From contig JBBIRR010000017.1 in NCBI GenBank assembly GCA_037441705.1, forward strand, positions 1 through 64,000: a DNA stretch of 64,000 nucleotides, written 5' to 3'. Origin of the DNA: Ignavibacteriales bacterium (GTDB lineage Bacteria > Bacteroidota > Ignavibacteria > UBA10030 > UBA6906). A program made the position numbers and the translations under genes. Shown here piece by piece: positions 30,480-40,152 of this stretch. The stretch's first letter is position 1, and every line of letters starts with the position of its first letter. The notes beneath the pieces were generated by a model that made no database searches, had not been told where the DNA came from, and saw only the letters and a list, made by a program, of their open reading frames with translations.

Positions 30480-31073
30480 ATGAAAAAGGGCACCGTTGTT
30501 CTTATCGGCATTGTTGTCGTTCTGCTTCTTCTCATCATGTGGGGGGTCGGGGCATATAACTCGCTCATCGGTCTGGAACAGGCCGTGACGTCGGCGTGGA
30601 GTCAGGTCGAGAATCAGTATCAACGCCGCGCGGATTTGATTCCGAATCTTGTTAACACGGTCAAGGGCTTTGCAGCCCAGGAGCGAGAGGTGTTGACCGG
30701 CGTCGTGGAGGCACGGGCGAAGGCAACATCCATTCAGGTGACAAAGGAAGTCCTTGACGACCCCGATGCTTTCGCAAAGTTTCAGTCGGCTCAAGATCAG
30801 CTATCCACTGCCCTGGGGCGATTGCTGGCTGTTGCGGAGAATTACCCCACGCTGCGGTCGAGTGAGAACTTTCTTTCGCTCCAGAACGAATTAGCGGGAA
30901 CGGAGAATCGCATCAGTGTAGAACGGCGGCGATTCAACGAAGTGGTGCAGACGTACAACACCACACGGGCACGCTTTCCCGGCGTGCTGATCGCCAACCT
31001 TGCGGGGTTCCGTGAGAAGGCCTACTTCAAGGCGAAGGAGGGAGCCGAGTCGGCACCGGAAGTGAAATTCTGA
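30480..31073 (+). CDS. lemA: LemA family protein
   Basis: N-terminal TM helix, YQRRADLIPNLV, ENYPTL, GTENRI, FPG. Confidence 0.95.
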   Translation: MKKGTVVLIGIVVVLLLLIMWGVGAYNSLIGLEQAVTSAWSQVENQYQRRADLIPNLVNTVKGFAAQEREVLTGVVEARAKATSIQVTKEVLDDPDAFAKFQSAQDQLSTALGRLLAVAENYPTLRSSENFLSLQNELAGTENRISVERRRFNEVVQTYNTTRARFPGVLIANLAGFREKAYFKAKEGAESAPEVKF

Positions 31074-31807
31074 TGAGCCATCGCCTGGTAATCATCGGCT
31101 GCGCGCTCTTGCTTGGACTCGCAGGAAAGATCGGCGCTCAAGAAGCAAAAGTCCCCAAACTCTTCCAGCGTGTTACGGACTTCACCTATACGCTTAGCCC
31201 AGCGGAGGTTGAAGAGCTTGAGCGTTCGCTTGCTCGATTTGAGGATACCACCTCGAATCAAATCGTCGTCGTTATGGTGGCAACTCTCGGCGGTGAGAGT
31301 ATCGAAGATTTCGCTTTGCGGACGGCTGAAGTGAACGGGATCGGTCAGAAGCAAAAGGACAACGGAGTCCTCCTGCTCATCGCCAAGGACGATAGGCAGA
31401 TACGGATTGAAGTGGGGTACGGACTGGAGGGCGTGTTGCCCGACGGTCTTTGCGGACAGATCATCCGCCGTGAGATTGTGCCGAAGTTTCGCGCCGGCGA
31501 TTATGCTGCAGGGATCAGAGCGGGCGTGGATGCGATCATGCGCGCAACACAGAATGAATACAAAGCCGAGCCGGAAGATATGGATGCGGACTGGTCGTGG
31601 CTCGTTCCCTTCATCTTCTTTGGTCTCTTTGTGTTTCTTGCTTCGCGCAACGCGCGACGCGGTCACCGCTTTATGCGCGGCGGCAGACTTCCCGTATTCT
31701 ATCCCGGCGGGTGGGGAGGGGGAGGCAGAAGCGGGGGAGGCGGCTTCGGCGGCTTCAGCGGCGGCGGGGGTTCGTTCGGCGGCGGCGGTGCAAGCGGCAG
31801 GTGGTAG
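31073..31807 (+). CDS. TPM domain (YgcG-like) membrane protein
   Basis: DNGVLLL, RIEVGYGLEG.LPD, TM helix, Gly-rich tail GGGSFGGGGASGRW. Confidence 0.93.
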   Translation: MSHRLVIIGCALLLGLAGKIGAQEAKVPKLFQRVTDFTYTLSPAEVEELERSLARFEDTTSNQIVVVMVATLGGESIEDFALRTAEVNGIGQKQKDNGVLLLIAKDDRQIRIEVGYGLEGVLPDGLCGQIIRREIVPKFRAGDYAAGIRAGVDAIMRATQNEYKAEPEDMDADWSWLVPFIFFGLFVFLASRNARRGHRFMRGGRLPVFYPGGWGGGGRSGGGGFGGFSGGGGSFGGGGASGRW

Positions 31808-31818
31808 GTGTTGAATCC

Positions 31819-34800
31819 ATGGCAGCAGAGAATACGCTTACGGGCATCAAGTCCATCGAGGACGCCCTCACAATCTTGAAGCATCGTCGGCGCTCGCCAA
31901 ACTCGGCGCGCCAGCTTGTGATCGTCACTCCCGAGCGAGCCACTTCCCTTCGCATTCTTCATTCCCTCGTGGCACATGCGGGCGAAAGAAACTCGCTGCT
32001 GATTTCGTTCGGAGAACCGAGCGAACGCTTCTCCAAGATTGCTCATCATGTCGTTTCCGTCTCATCAGGCGAGCACGCGGCGCTCGAGTGCAAAAAGGTT
32101 CTACGGAGGGCAAACAAGAATGCCTCCATCTTCCTCGAGATCGGCGATGCGCCCCGCTCGCGGCGCGGTGAGTTTGTGCCCTCGCTGCTCAGGATGGTTG
32201 CAGCGAGGAAGTCGCTGAGCGTCTGGTGTATTGCGCGGGCAACGCTTCCCGCTGCGTCGCTTGCGCTGCTGAAGGATGAGGCCGACCTGTTTCTCGACAT
32301 CCGGCGCGAGGGCGCGCAGAATGTTGCACAGTTCCTTGCTGCCAAGGGTTACTATTCCCCCGAAAGCTTTCTTCCCAGAATTCTGACAATCACGGCGAAG
32401 GCCTCGCGGCTCTCGCGTCCCGTCGCCCCCAAACACGCGGGCGAACGGTCAGCCGCTGTGCAACCCGACGAGGTGAGCGCTCGCGCGTTCGAGAACGCTG
32501 CCGAGGGACTCGTTATTTTTGAGTTAGGTGGAGAGTTCAGGAAAATCAACAGACGGGCAAAGGAGTTTCTCGGATATGAAGAATCGGAACTGCCGCGACT
32601 GTTTGATCTGATCCCTCGTGAACGTCAGTGGGCCGCAAAACGGGCACTGGTCGTTCTACGACGGAAGGGGAAACTATCGTTCTCCACGCAAGTTCGTCGC
32701 AAGAATGGACAGATGCTGGAAGTCCTGATCTATGCAACATCGCTCGGCAAGAATCTGTTTGCAGCGGTCTGTGTGGACAGTGCCGACCGGATGAAGCTCA
32801 AAGCCGAGAAGATCGCAATTGAAAACGAGTACCGCGCTTTTCTTTCTTCTCTGCCGTATCCCTACGCAATCTTTGTCAATCGAAAACTGGCCGAACGGAA
32901 TGAAGCCTTCACGGCCCTCTTTCCGTGGACGGCGCAGAAGACGCCTTCGCTCACAGATTTCTTTGGCCGAAGAAATGCCGACCTGCTGAAGCAGATCAGC
33001 GAACTGCTGAAACAAACGGGCGGCGGCGTTCGCATTTCCAATCGGGAGGTCCTCATTCCCGCTCCGGAGCGAAAGTCGGTTGCCGCTGAAGTTTCGATTG
33101 CTTCGGTTCCTTTCGCGGGCAAGCCGGCCGTGTATTGCTCCTTCGTTGATGTCACCGCTCGACGTCAGGTTCTCGATCGTGCAGCGGCGGTGGAGGAGAA
33201 ATTCAAGACGCTGGTGGAAGGATCGCTCGACGCGCTCTCCATCACGAAAGACGGCACGTTTCTGCTTGTCAATGACGCGTTTGCCAGACTGTTCGGCTAT
33301 GCGGGTTCAATGGAGCTTCTGGGTAAGAAGCTCACAACCGTTGTCTGGGGACGAAACGCGCGACGTGAAGTGCTTGAAGCCGAGAAGCAAGTACTGGCCG
33401 GCAGCGAGACACAGCAGCAATTGGAATATCCCGGCAGAATGAAGGATGGAACCAAGATTGTCGTAGAAGCGCGCTCGTGCCGCATTTCCTTCGACGGGCG
33501 GCCTGCGGTTCTTTCCTATCATCGCAATATCACCGAGTTGAGAAAGTCGGAAGAGGAGCTTGAACGGAGATCGAAGGGATTCGAGATTCTCAATCACTTC
33601 ATAGACGACGTTCGTTCCTCGGCTTCGACCGAGGAGATGTACCACCGAGGGATGCACGCTGCACTGAAGGCTTCCGGCTTCGAGACGGCGGGCGTCTTTC
33701 TGCTACAGGACGACCTTCTCGTGCTCAAGCATCATCATGGGTTGAGCGAGCACGCGCGTGCGAAACTCGATCGCCAATCGCTCGATGAAAGCTTTACGCG
33801 GTTTTTCAACAAAACACACGAAGCTCTCATCGCCACCATCGCAGAATATCCCGCATACCTTCCGTATCGTTCCCTTTTCGCATCCGAGGGATACAGCACG
33901 GTGGCAATCCTGCCGACGGTTGTAAGTGGACGGCTGCATGGCATGCTTCTGCTTGCCACACGTCGCGAGATCACGATCGACGAACACGATCGGGTTCTTC
34001 TTGCTTCCATCGGACGACAGTTGGGGATCGCTGTGCAGCTCGTTGTTCTCCGCGAGCAGGTTGCCTCACGAGAAGAGCGGTTCGCTTCAACCGTCTCGAC
34101 GCTTGCGGAAGTTCTCTACTCACTCCAGCCGAACGGTGCCTTCACATACCTCAGCCCCAATATCGAGACCTTAACGGGATACAAAACGTCCGACTTCCAG
34201 CAGAACCCGAACTTATGGCGAACATTGTTGCACCCGGACGACCGCCCCGTGCTCTCGAAGCGAATCTCCAATCAAACCGGCGAAGCAAATGCGTTCCACT
34301 TGGAGTATCGCGTGCTGCCGAAGGGCAAAGCGACCTACCTGTGGCTGCGGGACTCGGTTCGATACGAGCGTGATACGACGGGGAGGCTTGTGGCAATTCA
34401 CGGTATCCTCACCGATATCACGGCGTCGAAACTTCTTGCCCATGCAGGTGCGTCTCATGCCGCGACTGCTTCGGTCTCGCGAACGCAGTTCGACATTCTC
34501 GATCTCCTTCCAGACGGAATCGCCCTTCTTGATGCGAACCTGGAATGCATTGAATGGAATGCTCCGCTGGCTCGAATGACGGGCATTTCCTGCGATGAGG
34601 CCATCGGTAAGAGCATTCATGACCTTCAGCCGCTGGGTTCCGTTCTCCCAAAACTTCTCGAGCGAAAAGCGGCGGGAGAAGCCGATCCGGCGGAGACGCT
34701 TCTGGTGCATCCGGCCGGCGAACAGAAAAGTGTCGCCCTTCGTGTGCGTGCAATCCCGCGAAGCGTGCGGGATGGTGAACCTGGAGGCACAATCGTCTTG

Positions 34801-37794
34801 GTTCAGGATACGACGTTTCTCCAGAAGCTTGCTGATGAGACACAGCAGAGTCAAGCGACGCTTCGTGCTGCACTCGCGACGGTCAGCGATGCGATATTGA
34901 TATGCGACCTGGACGGAAAAGTGTTGCAGACCAACCGCGCGTTTTCGGAATGGACGGGTTATAGTCTTGAGGAAGCGCAAGAGGCCACCTATCCCTGGGT
35001 GGATGAAGCAGACCGCGAACGATTTCGCGCGTGGTACGCCGCGGCAAAGGAGAAGGCACCCTCAGTGCTGGAGGTTACCTGGCGGCACAAGGATGGGCGG
35101 CCGTTGGTTGTGCGCGTCCGTGCATCGTTGTTGAAGAACAATCGTGATGAGCCGACCGGCATCCTGCTCATCGGGAAGGATATTACTGAAACACAACAGC
35201 TCGCTCTGGAGGTTGAACGGAAGAACAAACAGATTGCGTTGCTCAACCGTATCATCGGCTCCTCGGATACATCCGCGGACCTCGGGGTCGTCTTGAAAAC
35301 CATCGCGACCGAGATTCACGCGCTCGTACCGTATGAGGGAATCAACGTCTCCTTCCTTGATGAAGAGCAGAACCTCTTTCCGTGGTACATTGCCATTCCT
35401 TCCGACACGGGCGAGAGCATGCAGGTGAACTATCTGCCGATTGATGCAACAGTTGTGTACGACGCGGTGCGGACGGGTTCTCCGGCGGTGAAGGACGGAG
35501 AAGGAACAGGGCAGAACGGAAAGAGCCTTTCGCAAGTGAGCCTCCCGCTGTTCGTTGACGACAAAGCAATGGGAGCCGTCAGTCTCATCAGCAGCCGGCG
35601 CAAGGCCTTCGGCGAAGATGATATCGCGTTCCTTCAGCCTGTAGCCGACCACATCGGCGCAATTATCCAGCGGGCGAGATTGTTCGAGCAGGTGCGCAAC
35701 GATAGTGCGTACATCCACAATCTCCTCGACTCCATCAACCAGATCGTGTTCACGGTGGATCGCAACTACCGGATCACGCACGTGAACAAGGCCTGGAGAG
35801 AGTACATGATTCGTCAGAAGGGGGGTGAGTGGGCGCAGGAGAACCGCATCCTGGGCCAATCACTGGAAGTGCTGATGCCGGATGCTGAGACGTGGCAGGA
35901 ATACAAGCGCGTGATGGATGATCTGTTCGCCAGACGGCTGGACGTGCACGCACGCGATTTCGAGGTTTTCGAGGGCAACATCGGGGCAACTCACCACCTG
36001 GTCATTAGCCCGATGGTGATTGGGGAAAAAGTAACGGGCCTGGTGTTTACGCAAACGGACATTACCGAAATCAATCGCACCGAAGCGGAGATCAAGAGGC
36101 GCAACCGGGAACTGGTTGCGCTGAACACGATCTCGACATCCATCAGTACATCACTCGATCTCGCGGAGATTCTACGCGTCGCCGCCGAGCAGGTGCAGGA
36201 GGTCTTCGAGGCGGCGGCGGTTGGCTTCTATCTCCACGGCGAGGACGGCCGGCTTACACTCACCAGCTATCGCGGCTTCTCGGAAGAACTGGCTTCGCGC
36301 GTTGCGGAAATTGATGCTGTGAACTCTCTGGCCGAACTGTTCGGTGCCCGGCCAACGCCCGTGTACGTAGAAACAAGACCTGACCGATCCAATCTCATCC
36401 TTCAATCATCCGAGCTGCTGGGAAAGAGGCTTCAGCTCGAAAGCACGGCCCTTGTACCGCTTCAATCCAAGGATCGGCTTCTGGGAACGCTGCTCATCGG
36501 CTGCCGGCGCCCACATGCCTTTACGCCGAGAGAAGAACAATTGCTGATTCTTATCGGTAACCAGCTTGGTGCTGCGATAGAGAACGCTCAGCTCTACGCC
36601 GAGATTCAACATCAGGTGCACACGCTAACAACGTTGTATGAGTTAGGGAAGGGACTGACGGGCTTGCTGGACTTGAACTCGATGCTGCAAGTCGTCTATC
36701 AGGAAGTAACAAAAGCGTTGCCGCTCGACCGGTTCTACTATCAGGCCTATAGCCCTGAAGACAACACGTTGACACTTCTTCGCAGAACCGTCAACGGTGT
36801 GGCTGAGTTCTACCCCGCCGGCGTGAAGGTGCGCGCCCTTACGGATTGGCCCAACAGGATCTATCAGGAAGTCGTCGCAAACGGTACGTCGTACATGGGC
36901 AGTACCACCGCGGACGCCAGCGACTCGATGATTGCCGTCCCGATCAAGTCCGACAATAAAGTCATCGGCATCATCTCCATCGTTGCCTCCCGACCGAATC
37001 TCTACACCGGCAGTCACTTGCGTCTCTTAGAAAGTATCGCTAACTTGACCGGTGTTGCGATCGGCAAGGCGATGTTGTACGAAGATACGCTGAAAAAATC
37101 CGCCGAGATCGAGAATCGCAACAAAGAGTTGGACGACTTTACCTACGTTGTCTCGCACGATTTGAAGGAGCCGCTCATCAGCATCGAGGGCTACAGCAAG
37201 ATCGTGATGAAGGACTATCAGGATTGTCTCGACGATGAGGGGAAGGAGTACCTGAGCGCTGTTGTCCAATCAACAGCACGCATGAAGCACCTGATCGAAG
37301 ACCTCCTGACGCTCTCGCGCCTGGGCAGGATGAGTGAAGCGCACGAAACGGTGTCGGTACGAACCATCATTGACGAAATCCTCCACGACTTTCAATTCAG
37401 CCTGCGCGAACGGAAGGTGCTCGTCCGTGTACAGGATCATCTGCCGCATGTCCGCTACAGCAGCACCCGGCTTGCCATGGTCTTTCGCAATCTTATCTCC
37501 AATGCCATGAAATTCAATGACAAGCCCATCCCCATTATCGAGATTGGCTGTGATGAGGACGAACAGGATTTTCGCTTCTGGGTGAAGGACAACGGCATCG
37601 GCATCGAGCCGCAGTATTTTGATCGCATCTTTACCATCTTTCAGCGGCTCAAACGAAGCGAAGAGTATCGCGGTACGGGGGCGGGACTGACCATCGTCAA
37701 GAAGATCATCGAACGGGAAGGAGGAAGGATTTGGCTGGAATCGGCTCCCGGCGTCGGCTCGACGTTCTACTTTACGATCAAGAAACCTACGTAG
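31819..37794 (+). CDS. cytoplasmic multi-sensor histidine kinase (about 7 PAS + 4 GAF domains, HisKA, HATPase; degenerate KaiC/RecA-like N-terminal domain)
   Basis: H-box SHDLKEPL, N-box NLISNAMKF, DNGIGI, FQRL, GTGAGL; repeated PAS ends (D[IV]T) and GAF ends. ATG 31819 chosen because the track start overlaps the TPM gene. Confidence 0.92.
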   Translation: MAAENTLTGIKSIEDALTILKHRRRSPNSARQLVIVTPERATSLRILHSLVAHAGERNSLLISFGEPSERFSKIAHHVVSVSSGEHAALECKKVLRRANKNASIFLEIGDAPRSRRGEFVPSLLRMVAARKSLSVWCIARATLPAASLALLKDEADLFLDIRREGAQNVAQFLAAKGYYSPESFLPRILTITAKASRLSRPVAPKHAGERSAAVQPDEVSARAFENAAEGLVIFELGGEFRKINRRAKEFLGYEESELPRLFDLIPRERQWAAKRALVVLRRKGKLSFSTQVRRKNGQMLEVLIYATSLGKNLFAAVCVDSADRMKLKAEKIAIENEYRAFLSSLPYPYAIFVNRKLAERNEAFTALFPWTAQKTPSLTDFFGRRNADLLKQISELLKQTGGGVRISNREVLIPAPERKSVAAEVSIASVPFAGKPAVYCSFVDVTARRQVLDRAAAVEEKFKTLVEGSLDALSITKDGTFLLVNDAFARLFGYAGSMELLGKKLTTVVWGRNARREVLEAEKQVLAGSETQQQLEYPGRMKDGTKIVVEARSCRISFDGRPAVLSYHRNITELRKSEEELERRSKGFEILNHFIDDVRSSASTEEMYHRGMHAALKASGFETAGVFLLQDDLLVLKHHHGLSEHARAKLDRQSLDESFTRFFNKTHEALIATIAEYPAYLPYRSLFASEGYSTVAILPTVVSGRLHGMLLLATRREITIDEHDRVLLASIGRQLGIAVQLVVLREQVASREERFASTVSTLAEVLYSLQPNGAFTYLSPNIETLTGYKTSDFQQNPNLWRTLLHPDDRPVLSKRISNQTGEANAFHLEYRVLPKGKATYLWLRDSVRYERDTTGRLVAIHGILTDITASKLLAHAGASHAATASVSRTQFDILDLLPDGIALLDANLECIEWNAPLARMTGISCDEAIGKSIHDLQPLGSVLPKLLERKAAGEADPAETLLVHPAGEQKSVALRVRAIPRSVRDGEPGGTIVLVQDTTFLQKLADETQQSQATLRAALATVSDAILICDLDGKVLQTNRAFSEWTGYSLEEAQEATYPWVDEADRERFRAWYAAAKEKAPSVLEVTWRHKDGRPLVVRVRASLLKNNRDEPTGILLIGKDITETQQLALEVERKNKQIALLNRIIGSSDTSADLGVVLKTIATEIHALVPYEGINVSFLDEEQNLFPWYIAIPSDTGESMQVNYLPIDATVVYDAVRTGSPAVKDGEGTGQNGKSLSQVSLPLFVDDKAMGAVSLISSRRKAFGEDDIAFLQPVADHIGAIIQRARLFEQVRNDSAYIHNLLDSINQIVFTVDRNYRITHVNKAWREYMIRQKGGEWAQENRILGQSLEVLMPDAETWQEYKRVMDDLFARRLDVHARDFEVFEGNIGATHHLVISPMVIGEKVTGLVFTQTDITEINRTEAEIKRRNRELVALNTISTSISTSLDLAEILRVAAEQVQEVFEAAAVGFYLHGEDGRLTLTSYRGFSEELASRVAEIDAVNSLAELFGARPTPVYVETRPDRSNLILQSSELLGKRLQLESTALVPLQSKDRLLGTLLIGCRRPHAFTPREEQLLILIGNQLGAAIENAQLYAEIQHQVHTLTTLYELGKGLTGLLDLNSMLQVVYQEVTKALPLDRFYYQAYSPEDNTLTLLRRTVNGVAEFYPAGVKVRALTDWPNRIYQEVVANGTSYMGSTTADASDSMIAVPIKSDNKVIGIISIVASRPNLYTGSHLRLLESIANLTGVAIGKAMLYEDTLKKSAEIENRNKELDDFTYVVSHDLKEPLISIEGYSKIVMKDYQDCLDDEGKEYLSAVVQSTARMKHLIEDLLTLSRLGRMSEAHETVSVRTIIDEILHDFQFSLRERKVLVRVQDHLPHVRYSSTRLAMVFRNLISNAMKFNDKPIPIIEIGCDEDEQDFRFWVKDNGIGIEPQYFDRIFTIFQRLKRSEEYRGTGAGLTIVKKIIEREGGRIWLESAPGVGSTFYFTIKKPT

Positions 37795-37806
37795 CGACAT
37801 CGGTCC

Positions 37807-38511
37807 ATGGAAGAGCAACAACCCATACGGGTGTTGTTGATTGAAGACAACCCCGATTTCTCGAAGTTGGTCGAATTGTTCCTCAAGAAACATGAGCCCG
37901 AACGATTTCAGGTAACCTGGTGCGAGAACGGGCCTGATGCCCTCTACGAGCTTGGCCGCAATCCCCATTACGATGTGATTCTCATGGACTACTTCCTGCC
38001 CGGGCAGAATGGGTTAGAGGTAACGCGCACCCTGCAGGAGCGAGGCTTTCTCATTCCCGTCGTGTTCCTGACGGTGAACAAGGATTTCGATCTTGCTGTT
38101 GAAGTCATGAAGTTAGGGATTGAGGACTACCTCGTCAAAGAAGAAATCTCAACGCCCGTACTGCCGAAAACCATCCTCAGCGTCATCGAACGGCAGAAGC
38201 TGAAAGATCAACTGACGACCCTGGAGATTTCGCAGAAACGGCTGGAAGCCATCCGCGACCTGATCCGAAAAATTACGGGCGAATTGCGACTTCCGCTCGA
38301 CGGCATGCGCGAGCAAGTTGAGCAGTTGCTGAAGAGTCATGAGAACGACCATCTCAAAACGTACCTCACCATCATTCGTGACAATCTTGATCGCATCGAG
38401 AAGAAGATCGTGCGTTTGAAGGCGCTCAAGACCGACAAGACCGTGCAGTATATCAAAGACATCCGCATGTTCGATCTCTCGGATGATATCGAGTCGGAGA
38501 AACTCGATTAG
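37807..38511 (+). CDS. response regulator (REC) with degenerate HisKA-like helical C-terminus
   Basis: LIEDN, ILMDYFLPG, VFLT, DYLVK; C-terminal GELRLPL. Confidence 0.9.
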   Translation: MEEQQPIRVLLIEDNPDFSKLVELFLKKHEPERFQVTWCENGPDALYELGRNPHYDVILMDYFLPGQNGLEVTRTLQERGFLIPVVFLTVNKDFDLAVEVMKLGIEDYLVKEEISTPVLPKTILSVIERQKLKDQLTTLEISQKRLEAIRDLIRKITGELRLPLDGMREQVEQLLKSHENDHLKTYLTIIRDNLDRIEKKIVRLKALKTDKTVQYIKDIRMFDLSDDIESEKLD

Positions 38512-38520
38512 CCCTCCGCT

Positions 38521-39375
38521 ATGAAATTCACGCTCGCGCTTGCGCAAATTGATCCGGCACTCGGCAACCTTTCCCGCAATGTGGAGAAGCATGTCGCCTT
38601 TGCTCGCGAGGCACAGCAGCGGGGGGCACAGCTCGTCGTCTTTCCGGAATTGAGCCTTACCGGCTATTCGGTCAAGGACATGAATTGGGATCTGGCGGTG
38701 AATCTACGTCGGGATGTGTCGGTGCTTGAGCCGCTGCTCGCGCTGAGCAATTCCATTGCGATTCTTGCCGGCGGCATTGAAGAAGACGATCAGTTTGCGC
38801 TCTACAACGCAGCGTTTTTCATTCATGCCGGCACGGTCCAGTCGGTTCATCGCAAGACGTATCCGCCGACGTACGGTATGTTTGAGGAGATGCGCTATTT
38901 CAATGCCGGCAATTCCGTGCAGGCGTTTGATACGCCCTTCGGGCGCCTTGGTGTGTTGATTTGTGAAGACCTCTGGCATCTTACCCTTCCGTATATTCTC
39001 GCGAAGGACGGCGCCAACATCATCATTTCTCTTGTTGCGAGTCCGACGCGTATTGCAGGAGCCGAGACAGAACTCCACATCGATCGCATCAACGCCGAGA
39101 ATCACAGAGCCTACGCCCGTTTGCTGACAACGTACGTGGCATTCTGCAATCGTACAGGATACGAGGACGGCGTCAACTTTTGGGGCGGCTCGTCCATCAT
39201 CGCCCCGGATGGCGAGGTAGCAGCGAAAGCGAAATTATTCGACGAGGATTTGATCTTTGCCTCGATTGCTGATGACGAAATCCGCCGTGCTCGCCGCTTT
39301 TCCCGTCACTACCTTGATGATGATCCCGCGCTTGTGCTCAGAGAACTGACGCGCATCTCGAACAAGCACCTCTAA
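38521..39375 (+). CDS. nitrilase-family carbon-nitrogen hydrolase resembling the NAD synthetase glutaminase domain
   Basis: E-K-C triad in FPELSLTGY, HRK..PTYGMFEE.RYF and ICEDLWH; FWGGS. Confidence 0.88.
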   Translation: MKFTLALAQIDPALGNLSRNVEKHVAFAREAQQRGAQLVVFPELSLTGYSVKDMNWDLAVNLRRDVSVLEPLLALSNSIAILAGGIEEDDQFALYNAAFFIHAGTVQSVHRKTYPPTYGMFEEMRYFNAGNSVQAFDTPFGRLGVLICEDLWHLTLPYILAKDGANIIISLVASPTRIAGAETELHIDRINAENHRAYARLLTTYVAFCNRTGYEDGVNFWGGSSIIAPDGEVAAKAKLFDEDLIFASIADDEIRRARRFSRHYLDDDPALVLRELTRISNKHL

Positions 39376-39394
39376 ACCCTTCGTTTGCGTCTTC

Positions 39395-39423
39395 TTGAAA
39401 CTCGGAGCGTTTTTGGTTACTTT
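39395..39423 (+). promoter_or_regulatory. putative sigma70 promoter upstream of the bamD operon
   Basis: TTGAAA-N17-TACTTT. Confidence 0.45.
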
Positions 39424-39510
39424 AGTCCGTCGTAAACGGCGTAAGCGCCTGCGAAGCGCCCTATGGTTTCGTTATGACAAGCGATAGCAAAGAACAGCCT
39501 CTGAAGGTGT

Positions 39511-40152
39511 GTGGTATTCACAAGTAAAGCTTCTGCAAGATCACGGCTGACTGTTCTGGCGACGGTGGCTTTGATTGTCGGCGCCGGCGCGCGGGCGCAG
39601 CAGGATACCACCGAGGAGCCACCGGCAACGAACCTGGAGATCATCCGGTCGCTTTCAAGAGCAGGCGCCGCACGAGCGCTGCAGAACGCGAGACCAGGGA
39701 AGGTGCACATAAGCATCTTTCCGCAGGATGTAGCGTGGATGATCGAAGGAGGTGTTCTTGAAGCTGCTCGCGTGCATCAGCTTGAGGTGACGGAGGCGGA
39801 AACCGCGGCGTACCGAATCTCTTTCGGCGTGGATGATGCCCGTGTGCTGTACACCAACATCCGGCGCGACGGGCTGTTCGGGCCGAGAATCGTTGATCGG
39901 ACTGTCCGGCTTCGTCTTTCCGCGAAGATAGTTGATGGAGGGGAGGCAAGAATTGTGCGTACCGCGGACATCGAGGAGTCACAAACCGACACGATACGCG
40001 TTGCAGACATTGCTCAAGTCGAGAACCCGGCAGTACCCTTCACGAAGGGAACTCTTCCGAGAGAAGGCTTTTTTGCGTCGCTGGCCGAGCCGCTGATTGT
40101 GGTCGGTTCCGTTGCCATAGCGGTATTGTTGCTTTTTCATGTAAGGAGTTAG
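39511..40152 (+). CDS. hypothetical exported protein with C-terminal membrane helix
   Basis: Signal peptide (ARA/QQDTT), C-terminal EPLIVVGSVAIAVLLLFHVRS; abuts bamD. Confidence 0.75.
   Translation: MVFTSKASARSRLTVLATVALIVGAGARAQQDTTEEPPATNLEIIRSLSRAGAARALQNARPGKVHISIFPQDVAWMIEGGVLEAARVHQLEVTEAETAAYRISFGVDDARVLYTNIRRDGLFGPRIVDRTVRLRLSAKIVDGGEARIVRTADIEESQTDTIRVADIAQVENPAVPFTKGTLPREGFFASLAEPLIVVGSVAIAVLLLFHVRS

Noticed and set aside
31709-31737. G-quadruplex-like run GGG-T-GGGG-A-GGGGG-N10-GGGGG upstream of the kinase start
   Set aside because: Explained by the poly-Gly tail typical of TPM proteins; no independent support.
31597-31818. Arg-rich N-terminal extension of the kinase in the ORF track
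   Set aside because: It is an alternative frame of the TPM Gly-rich tail; ATG 31819 after the TPM stop is more plausible.
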